The translations under genes and the position numbers were made by a program. The notes under the pieces were generated by a model. That model did no database searches and was not told where the DNA came from. It saw only the letters and a list, made by a program, of their open reading frames with translations. Positions 21,118 through 28,509 of a stretch of DNA of 64,000 nt are shown piece after piece (the stretch's first letter is position 1; each line of letters starts with the position of its first letter). The stretch comes from an uncultured Armatimonadetes bacterium (GTDB lineage: Bacteria > Armatimonadota > Hebobacteria > Hebobacterales > Hebobacteraceae). The stretch spans positions 3,008,001 to 3,072,000 of the forward strand of contig OY970296.1 of NCBI GenBank assembly GCA_963716175.1, in the 5' to 3' direction.

Positions 21118-21193
21118 CGCACATTCCCCCTAGTACAGCAGTACCGGGCCCCCTCGAAAGTGACGATGGCCAGAACTAGCGGCCCGTGGTCCG

Positions 21194-21222
21194 ATTGTAC
21201 CTCGGCCCCGGGCTCAATGCAA
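21194..21222 (-). promoter_or_regulatory. Sigma70-type promoter of the first SLH gene
   Basis: TTGCAT-17bp-TACAAT on the minus strand. Confidence 0.5.
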
Positions 21223-21294
21223 CCGCCCAGCCCGCCCTTGCGCCTCGCTGAGACAGGCTGAAGGCTACACTACTCGCCATCTACCCGCAACCGC

Positions 21295-23901
21295 TCACAC
21301 CGGCAACTCGAACGCTCTCGCGATATACACCGCCATCTGGTCGCGAGTCACGGGATTGGTAGGCTGGTAGGTGCCGTTGTCATATCCCTTGACCACGTCG
21401 TGATCCACGCAGGCCTTGATCGCCACGCCCGACCAGTAGCCGGCCGGCACATCTGGGAAGAGCTGCGGGGCGGTGTTGAGGGCGTCGCTGAGCTTGACCC
21501 ATCCCTTCGCCCGGGCGATGAACACCGCCATCTGACCGCGATCCACCACCAGCGTGGGCTCGTAGTGAGTGGCGTCATACCCCTGTACCACGCCCTGGGC
21601 CACCGCGTACTCGACATACTTGTAGGCCCAGAAATCAGTAGGGACATCATCGGGGAAGCTGGCGGTGGCCGGCCCTGTGGGCACGTTGGCATCACCCCCG
21701 GCCAGAGCGCGGGAGATGTAGACCGCCATCTGGTCGCGGGTGACCGCCACTTCAGGATGGTAGGTGCCATCGGGATAGCCTAGCGCGATGCTGGCGTTAG
21801 ACACGGCCTCGATGGCGCCGAAGGCCCAGAACTGATACCCCGCGTCCGTGAACTTGTCCTCCGCAAGCGCCGCCGCCACATCCTTCACTACGATTGTCTG
21901 GTTCACGGCGATGTCGTAGTGAATGACCACCGTGCCGTCCGGGAAGCGCACCCGCACCGCCACTGGCCCATCAGTAGGGATGCCGAACTGCGCCACCTGC
22001 TCGCTCTCAGCGCAGAAGCCGGACCCGCCGTCGATGAGCCGAGTCAGGGTGTGGCCAGGCGGGAAACTGGCGTCGTTGTCCACGTTCAACTCGACCCGTG
22101 CGCCGATGGCGTCACGCGTGGGTTTGCTGGTGTCAGTGGTATCACCGGCGGCACTGGTGATAGCGCGCAGCCGCAGCCAGTTGTCGCTAGTGCCGATGTT
22201 GTGGAAGAGCCAAGATGGCGTATCGTAGAGCGCTTGTACCACATCCACGCGACCGTCAAGATTAACGTCGGCCCACGCAACCCCGCCGCTGGCGCCCTGG
22301 TGATCAACGTCGAGGCCCGACCCGGCCACCATGTTCGTGAATGTGCCATTACCGTTGTTGTGGTAGAGAAACGGCTGCTGACCAAAGTTGCCAACGAACA
22401 GGTCAAGGTAACCGTCGTTATCGTAATCAGCCCAGGCCGCGCCCTGCGCGTTGTAGGCGTCGCCTGCCATGCCGGCAACGTTGGCGACGTCAGTGAACGT
22501 GCCATTGTGGTCGTTGTGGAAGAGCCAGTCGGGCGCTGATTCGCCGCTCGTGAAATAGCAGTCAAGCCAGCCGTCGTTATCGTAGTCTCCCCAGATCGCG
22601 CTTAGTGTGTTCACCGGAATGGTTACTCCGGCCTGAGCACTCACATCGGTGTAGGTTCCGTCACCGTTGTTATGAAAAAGCATGGCTGGTTTGTACATGC
22701 GAGCGAGAAGCAGATCGGGGTGGCCATCGTTGTCGTAGTCGCCCCAGGCGGCCGATTGGACGGCATCAGCTCCCCCCAGACCGGCAGCTGCAGCAATATC
22801 GGTGAAGGTGCCATCACCATTGTTCCGCAGCAGATAGGCGTTCCCGAAAATGTTGCACACAAAAGCATCCAGCAGGCCGTCGCCGTTGAAGTCGCACCAC
22901 GACACGCTGCTGCCGGCATTGAACGCCACATGCAGGCCGGCATCGGCGCCGAGCTCCACGAACTGAGACGGATCGCGACGGAATAGCCACGGGTAGGCAT
23001 CGCCACCAACCAGGACATCAAGGAGGCCGTCGTTGTTGTAGTCGCCCCACGCAACCCCAGAGTCTGGCGCGGGTGCAGTGGGGAGTTTCAGCGTTTGGCT
23101 CACGTCAGCGAATGTGAGATCATGGCCATTGCGAAAGAGCATTGGTCCGTGTTGGGGATGGGAAGTCCCCTGATCGTAGCCCCCAAAGAACAAGTCCGGG
23201 TACCCGCCGCTGTCATAGTCACCCCAGCCAACACCAACCGAGTTTGGGAGGTTAAGCCCGGTGACTTGCTCGAACTGCGGCCCTGCCTTGACTGGCAGTT
23301 GCGCCAGCGAGAAGTCTTGCGTCGCGGTCTGCCCCGACACCACCGCCACACCCGTCGCGCTCCCCCACTTGTGGCCTCCGGCGGCCGCGCCGACGCGATA
23401 GCCCGTGCCCACAGGGACGTTGGCGAGGGTATAGCTGCCATCGACACTAGTGGTCGCGCTCAGCGCGCCGCAGGTGACATGCGCCCACTGGATGGGCAAG
23501 CCGCTGGCCCCGTCCGTGACCCGGCCCACGATAGAGCCAAAGGCGGTCGGCGACAGCGAGAAGTCCACCGTGCTGATCTCGCCCTCGACCACCGCGACGG
23601 TGCTGGCCGAAGACGGGGTGTGATCCGGAGCGCTGGCGGCAACCGTGTAGCTCCCGATGCCCAGGTCTGAGAACCCGTACCGGCCCCTGGCATCCGTGGT
23701 TGCGGTGAGGCTGCCACAGGACATAGCTGCCCCGCCGATGGGCAGTCGGGTAGCCGAATCCGACACCACCCCTGCGATGGCGCCAGTGGGGGTTACCGCC
23801 AGGGCCAGCTTCAGCGCGGCACCGTCGGCCTGGCAGGCCACTGCGAAGAGAGAAATGAGAAACGCCAGCACGATAGCAGGGACAGCCGTTCTTCGGGCCA
23901 T
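21295..23901 (-). CDS. Secreted carboxypeptidase-regulatory-like/FG-GAP/ASPIC-UnbV/SLH protein (paralog of 17098-21117)
   Basis: Signal peptide MARRTAV..., WGDYDNDG repeats, SLH triplet nearly identical to the neighbour; start chosen from the shared 5' leader. Confidence 0.85.
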   Translation of the reverse strand: MARRTAVPAIVLAFLISLFAVACQADGAALKLALAVTPTGAIAGVVSDSATRLPIGGAAMSCGSLTATTDARGRYGFSDLGIGSYTVAASAPDHTPSSASTVAVVEGEISTVDFSLSPTAFGSIVGRVTDGASGLPIQWAHVTCGALSATTSVDGSYTLANVPVGTGYRVGAAAGGHKWGSATGVAVVSGQTATQDFSLAQLPVKAGPQFEQVTGLNLPNSVGVGWGDYDSGGYPDLFFGGYDQGTSHPQHGPMLFRNGHDLTFADVSQTLKLPTAPAPDSGVAWGDYNNDGLLDVLVGGDAYPWLFRRDPSQFVELGADAGLHVAFNAGSSVSWCDFNGDGLLDAFVCNIFGNAYLLRNNGDGTFTDIAAAAGLGGADAVQSAAWGDYDNDGHPDLLLARMYKPAMLFHNNGDGTYTDVSAQAGVTIPVNTLSAIWGDYDNDGWLDCYFTSGESAPDWLFHNDHNGTFTDVANVAGMAGDAYNAQGAAWADYDNDGYLDLFVGNFGQQPFLYHNNGNGTFTNMVAGSGLDVDHQGASGGVAWADVNLDGRVDVVQALYDTPSWLFHNIGTSDNWLRLRAITSAAGDTTDTSKPTRDAIGARVELNVDNDASFPPGHTLTRLIDGGSGFCAESEQVAQFGIPTDGPVAVRVRFPDGTVVIHYDIAVNQTIVVKDVAAALAEDKFTDAGYQFWAFGAIEAVSNASIALGYPDGTYHPEVAVTRDQMAVYISRALAGGDANVPTGPATASFPDDVPTDFWAYKYVEYAVAQGVVQGYDATHYEPTLVVDRGQMAVFIARAKGWVKLSDALNTAPQLFPDVPAGYWSGVAIKACVDHDVVKGYDNGTYQPTNPVTRDQMAVYIARAFELPV

Positions 23902-23956
23902 CGCACACCCCCCTGATGCAGCAATACCGGACCCCCTCGAAGCGGCCCGTGGCGAC

Positions 23957-23985
23957 AGTATAGCGCGGCGCCAGGTGTAGGACAA
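23957..23985 (-). promoter_or_regulatory. Sigma70-type promoter of the second SLH gene
   Basis: TTGTCC-17bp-TATACT on the minus strand. Confidence 0.5.
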
Positions 23986-24169
23986 GCCGAGTCAGGTCGG
24001 GGAAGAAGCTGCCCAGCCCTACGCCCGCACAGGATGCGCAGCCGCTTGTGCCAGAGGCCGTCAGCCGTCTGTGAGACCTCTTCGAGTGGGGACAGAGGTG
24101 CCGTTCTCGCGCCACAAACCTCGTATATTGGAATGAGAAAGGGTTTGTCGGCTGCGAGTGGTCCCGAGG

Positions 24170-25093
24170 CTAGCCTGGCTGATCGCCTGCCGGCCCGAGC
24201 ATCCCCTCCAGCTTCTCGACGGCGGCCAGCTTGGTGCGCACATCCGAGTGCAGGTATCTCGCCGTCGTCCCGATGTCCGCGTGCCCCAGCAGCTCCTGCA
24301 CCGTGCGGATGTCGGCGCCCGAGCGGATGAGGTGGGTGGCAAAGGTATGGCGGAGTTTGTGGGGGGTAATGCCTTTGCCCGCGAGCCCGGCTTTGCCGAG
24401 CGTGCGCGCCAGCATCCGGCTGATGGCTCTGCCGGAGATGGGCTGGCCGAACTGGCTCACAAAGAGCCGGTGGCTGTCCGTCCTCTTGCGCTGGCGCAGG
24501 TACTGCTCGATGGCCGCAACGGCCTGCTCTGCCAGAGGCACCACTCTCTCCTTCGCCCCTTTGCCGTGTACCAGCAGTTGCCGGTTCTCCAGGTCCAGAT
24601 CCTCCAGGCTGATCTGGGCGATCTCGCTGCGCCGCATGCCCGTGGAGAGCAGCAGCACCACCAAGCACTTGTGCCAGGGCCGCTGGGCTGCCTGCAGGAG
24701 TCGCTGGGCATCTGCTTCCGTGAGCGTCACGGGCACCTGCTGTTCCAGTCTGGGCAGAGGCAGCCTGCGGGCGGGATTGCCCGAGACATGGCCCATGTCC
24801 TGGAGGAAGCCAAAGAAGGAGGACAACACCCAGAGCTTCCGTCTCACCGTCAGGGGTGCTCGATCTGCCAGGCTCACCGCGAACTGCATCACCTGCTGGC
24901 GCGTGATCTGATCGGGAGGGGGCGGCTGACCCAGGCGCTGGGAGAGGAACTCCGAGAAGGCCCGCAGGTCGCGGCGGTACGCCTTGACGGAGATGGGAGC
25001 GCAGCTGCGATAGCCCCTCAGGTACTCCAGGAACATCGCCACCGCCTCCTCGAAGGAGAGCGTGCCGGCCTCGGCGTCGTGGGTAGCGGTCAC
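24170..25093 (-). CDS. Tyrosine recombinase, XerC/D-like (copy 2)
   Basis: GMRRSE, HGKGAK, PHKLRHTFAT, LLGH, RY catalytic set; GTG start overlaps the upstream TGA (GTGA). Confidence 0.9.
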   Translation of the reverse strand: MTATHDAEAGTLSFEEAVAMFLEYLRGYRSCAPISVKAYRRDLRAFSEFLSQRLGQPPPPDQITRQQVMQFAVSLADRAPLTVRRKLWVLSSFFGFLQDMGHVSGNPARRLPLPRLEQQVPVTLTEADAQRLLQAAQRPWHKCLVVLLLSTGMRRSEIAQISLEDLDLENRQLLVHGKGAKERVVPLAEQAVAAIEQYLRQRKRTDSHRLFVSQFGQPISGRAISRMLARTLGKAGLAGKGITPHKLRHTFATHLIRSGADIRTVQELLGHADIGTTARYLHSDVRTKLAAVEKLEGMLGPAGDQPG

Positions 25094-26055
25094 GGCTGTG
25101 CTCCCTCCTCTCTCTGCGGAACACTCTCCCCGAGCAGACCCGTCAGCCTTCCTACTGCCGCCAGCTTCGTGCGCACATCCGAGTGCAGGTACCGCGCCGT
25201 CGTCCCCAGATCGGCATGGCCCAGGAGCTCCTGCACGGTGCGCACATCCACGCCCTTGTGGATGAGCTGGGTAGCGAAGGTGTGGCGCAGCTTGTGAGGG
25301 GTAATCCCCTGGCCCGCCAGCCCCGCCTTCTCCAGCACCTGGTCCAGCATGGCGTTGACCACGTGGCCTCGGATGGGCTGTCCACGGGAGTTCACAAAGA
25401 GCCGCCGGCTCTGGGTGCGGGGCCGGTGGGGCAGGTACTGCTGGATGGCCGCCACGGCCTGACGGGTGAGGGGGACGATCCGCTGCTTGGCTCCCTTCCC
25501 GTGCACCAGCAGTTGCCGGTTGGTCAGGTCCACCTCCTCCAGGCTGATCAGCACCGCCTCGCTTCTGCGCAGGCCCGTCGCCAGCAGCAGCATGATGAGG
25601 CACCGATGCCAGGGCAGTTCGGCCGCCGCCAGCAGTTGCTGCGCCTGCTCCTCTGAGAGCGTCACCGGGATGTGCTGCTCCAGCTTCGGGAGGGGTAGTC
25701 TCTTGGCGGGATTGCCCTGGACATAGCCCATATCCTGAAGGAAGCCGAAGAAGGAGGAGAGACAGGCCAGCTTGCTGCGCACCGTGATCGGGGACCAGTG
25801 CGACAAGGAGACCGCGTACTGAATCACCAGCTGGCGGGTGATCGCAGCCGGAGCTGGCAGCGGCCCGGGTTGCGAGGAGAGGAACTGCTGGAAGTTGCGC
25901 AGGGTCGTGGCGTAGGCTCGGACAGAGGCAGGAGCGCAGCTGCGGTAGCTCCGCAGGTACTCCAGGAACATCGGCACCGCCTGCTCCAAGGGGAGCTCGT
26001 CCCCGGTGGAGGGCGGTGCGGCACGGGCCGCTTCGGCCTGGGCGAGAGTGGTCAT
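25090..26055 (-). CDS. Tyrosine recombinase, XerC/D-like (copy 1)
   Basis: GLRRSE, HGKGAK, PHKLRHTFAT, LLGH, RY; GGAGG RBS before ATG 26055. Confidence 0.9.
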   Translation of the reverse strand: MTTLAQAEAARAAPPSTGDELPLEQAVPMFLEYLRSYRSCAPASVRAYATTLRNFQQFLSSQPGPLPAPAAITRQLVIQYAVSLSHWSPITVRSKLACLSSFFGFLQDMGYVQGNPAKRLPLPKLEQHIPVTLSEEQAQQLLAAAELPWHRCLIMLLLATGLRRSEAVLISLEEVDLTNRQLLVHGKGAKQRIVPLTRQAVAAIQQYLPHRPRTQSRRLFVNSRGQPIRGHVVNAMLDQVLEKAGLAGQGITPHKLRHTFATQLIHKGVDVRTVQELLGHADLGTTARYLHSDVRTKLAAVGRLTGLLGESVPQREEGAQP

Positions 26056-26216
26056 GCACGCCTCCTCTGGTGGATGGTTGCGGCATGACATGAATCACTT
26101 CAAGCGGCGAACAAGTCCAGGCCTTTGTGCAAGTATTCTGTGGGGTGGGCCCTAGTGCGGGTATTTCGTATCCCCTCGATTTCGGGCCAGGATGGCTCTA
26201 GGAGCCACGAGAAGAG

Positions 26217-26610
26217 TGGAGTGGGCCGATAAGCCGAGTTTTGGCGCGACATTCGCCCGATACGTCAGGTTATGTCGCGAGCGTCCATCTATCTAGGGCT
26301 GCGATCGCTCGCAGCCTCAAGCGGCCAACCCGGGGCTGATGCGGCGTCGGGCCAACGCTGGTCCCCAACCGGGGACTCGCCCCCTATTTGGCCTTGCTCC
26401 GGGCGGGGTTTGGCCAGCCGGTGTGTCTCCACGCCGCTGGTGCGCTCTTACCGCACCATTTCACCCTTGCCCAGCTCGCGCCGGGCGGTATGTTTCTGTG
26501 CCACTTTCCGTCGGGTCGCCCCGCCTGGGCGTTACCCAGCGCCCTGCCCTGTGGAGCTCGGACTTTCCTCGTTCCGCCATCGGCGAACCGCGGACGCTTG
26601 GCCCACTCCA
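26217..26610 (-). ncRNA. rnpB: RNase P RNA (bacterial type A-like)
   Basis: GAGGAAAGTCCGAGCTCC near the 5' end, GGAAAGTGGCACAGAAA, GGTAAGAGCGCACC, AAAACTCGGCTTAT near the 3' end; P1 TGGAGTGGGCC/GGCCCACTCCA. Confidence 0.95.
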
Positions 26611-26615
26611 TCTCC

Positions 26616-26624
26616 ATTCTACCA
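26616..26624 (-). promoter_or_regulatory. Extended -10 promoter of rnpB
   Basis: TGGTAGAAT (TGn-TAGAAT) just upstream of the P1 start. Confidence 0.55.
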
Positions 26625-27081
26625 CATGCTCGGCGTCTCCGCGCCAACCGGCCGCACTGTCCTCGCCAGAGCATGTCTCACTTCCCGGAGCAGGTGCCAC
26701 GCGCCTCGGATGTGACCGTCTATGGCTGCCCAGGCGGCCTAGCACAGTTGATGCAGGGTATGCGGGGCGTGATTCTCACAGCGGCCACGGAACCGATGCA
26801 GGTGGAGATGTAAGGCCGTTGTCATCCGCGCGCGACATGAATGCTGGCCCGCGTACACCCCGCGCGGACTGATCCCGCCGTCACCACGGGCGAATCATGC
26901 CGGTGGCATTGACCGCGAGTTCCGGCCTGCACATTTCGGTCGACCGGGATGCGAAGGCGGCTAGACTTCTTCACCCATCGAAACTGGTTGATTCCACGAT
27001 CTGCTGAAAGCCGCTGAACAAGTCCGGGTGTGCCCCTCACCCGGCAGCAAGCTGTTTTCGTCGGCAAACATGACAGTCAAT

Positions 27082-27262
27082 CGGTAGGCTGAGTTCTGGC
27101 GCGAACGTCCTGCCCTGTGGACCTCGGACTTTCCTCAGCCGCCTCTCGGCGACCGCGGACGCCTGGCCCACTCCATCTGCATACCACCATGATGCTCGGC
27201 ATGGTCGCGCTGACCAGCCGCACGACCCTTGTTAACATGAGTCTCCCCCGCCCTGGAGCAGG
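27082..27262 (-). repeat. Internally deleted rnpB copy A (mini-rnpB 27082-27175) plus homologous upstream region
   Basis: GGAGTGGGCCAGGCGTCCGCGG...GAGGAAAGTCCGAGGTCCACAGGGCAGG joined directly to a 3'-end-like GCGCCAGAACTCAGCCTACCG; ~85 bp upstream resembles 26611-26695. Confidence 0.85.
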
Positions 27263-27282
27263 ATACGGGTACACAACGTACC

Positions 27283-27311
27283 TTGACAGGTCATGTCGAT
27301 ATGACTATCAT
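27283..27311 (+). promoter_or_regulatory. Promoter and operator of the TA operon
   Basis: TTGACA-17bp-TATCAT with palindrome GTCAT-N6-ATGAC in the spacer. Confidence 0.75.
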
Positions 27312-27340
27312 GGTCTCGTAGGGGAAAGGCAAGGAGCGCC

Positions 27341-27631
27341 ATGAGAACCGCAGCCATCTCCCGTCTGAAGGCCAAGCTTAGCGAGCACATCGCGTGGGTC
27401 AAGCGCGGGGAGGAGGTCCTGGTGACCGAACGCGGGAAGCCGGTCGCGCGCATCGTGCCGGTGGCCCCGGGGACAGCGGGTGACGACCGAATGCCGGGGC
27501 TGATCGCTCGAGGCATCGTGCGATTGGGGAAGAAGCAGCTCCGCAAGGCGCTCTCGGATTTGCCCGTCTGCAGGGTGCCGAAAGGAGCAGTGCTGCGCGC
27601 TCTGGACGACGAAAGGCAGGACCGAGCATGA
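27341..27631 (+). CDS. Phd/YefM-family antitoxin
   Basis: LKAKLSEHIAWVKRGEEVLVTERGKPVARIVP; ATGA overlap with the toxin. Confidence 0.9.
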   Translation: MRTAAISRLKAKLSEHIAWVKRGEEVLVTERGKPVARIVPVAPGTAGDDRMPGLIARGIVRLGKKQLRKALSDLPVCRVPKGAVLRALDDERQDRA

Positions 27632-28059
27632 GGTGGTGGGATACCTCAGCCCTGTTGTCTCTGTTGCTGCAACAGGAGACGACTGACGAGCTCAAGGCGC
27701 TGCTCGCGTCAGACGACACTCTCGTAGTGTGGTGGGGCACAAAGGTGGAGGCAGTCTCTGCCGTGTCCCGGCTGCAGCGCGATGGCTATACTGAGTCCCG
27801 CGTCAGCGCTCGCCTGTTCAAGCACCTAGATGGCCTGCTGTCAGCGGCCTACGAAGTGCAGCCGCTGGAAGAGGTCCGCGCCACGGCCTGCCGAGCGCTT
27901 CGCGTCCATGAACTGCGCGCCGCGGACGCGCTGCAGTTAGCAGCAGCCCTCGTTTGGGCAGAGCACCATCCCACAGGATTAGGCTTCGTGTGCCTGGACC
28001 GCAGGCTTCGCGAGGCAGCCACGCGCGAGGGATTTGAGGTACTGCCCGAATCGTCGTGA
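27628..28059 (+). CDS. vapC: VapC-family PIN toxin
   Basis: WDTSAL, LRAADALQLAAA, FVCLDRRL..AA..EG. Confidence 0.9.
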   Translation: MRWWDTSALLSLLLQQETTDELKALLASDDTLVVWWGTKVEAVSAVSRLQRDGYTESRVSARLFKHLDGLLSAAYEVQPLEEVRATACRALRVHELRAADALQLAAALVWAEHHPTGLGFVCLDRRLREAATREGFEVLPESS

Positions 28060-28127
28060 GCGCACTGCCGCGGGTGGAAGTGAACGCCAACGTAGACAGC
28101 CGGTCTCTCGTCGCTTAGTCGCTGAAT

Positions 28128-28302
28128 CGGTAGGCCGAGTTTCGTCGCGAGCGCCCTGCCCTGTGGAGCTCGGACTCTCCTCGGCTGCCACAAGCGGCGA
28201 CTGCGGACGCTTGGCCCACTCCATTGGGATTGCAGCACATTCCGAGCGCGCGGTCCTCCGCTAACCCGCTGCCAATGGGCCCGTCGCACTCCAGGCGGTG
28301 CC
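28128..28302 (-). repeat. Internally deleted rnpB copy B (mini-rnpB 28128-28223) plus weakly homologous upstream region
   Basis: GGAGTGGGCCAAGCGTCCGC...GAGGAGAGTCCGAGCTCCACAGGGCAGGGCGCT joined to CGCGACGAAACTCGGCCTACCG. Confidence 0.85.
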
Positions 28303-28509
28303 GAAGCACCTACCGGCGATTATGGAACTCAAGTGCATCTGGGGAGACTGGGAGGTTCTCCACTGCCGGGCTCGGCGCCGTCTGACACCCGGAATGTGCT
28401 CCTGTGTGACAGTGGGGGCAGGCACTTGGCCGACGGCAGCGAATCTGCGCGGCAGCGCAATGAAGCTGGGTTTCGTGCGGTTGCGGGTCTCCGGCTGGGA
28501 GGGCCTCCG

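Noticed and set aside
24114-24148. ACAAACC-N21-GGTTTGT inverted repeat as a recombinase or dif site
   Set aside because: The arms are only 7 bp, the spacer does not fit the 11-6-11 dif layout, and no partner site was found.
24170-26098. 642-aa ORF as a single long recombinase
   Set aside because: The N-terminal half is an off-frame reading of recombinase copy 1; the real gene starts at GTG 25093.
26272-26872. Several 90-180 aa ORFs over this region
   Set aside because: They overlap the RNase P RNA gene and show no protein motifs.
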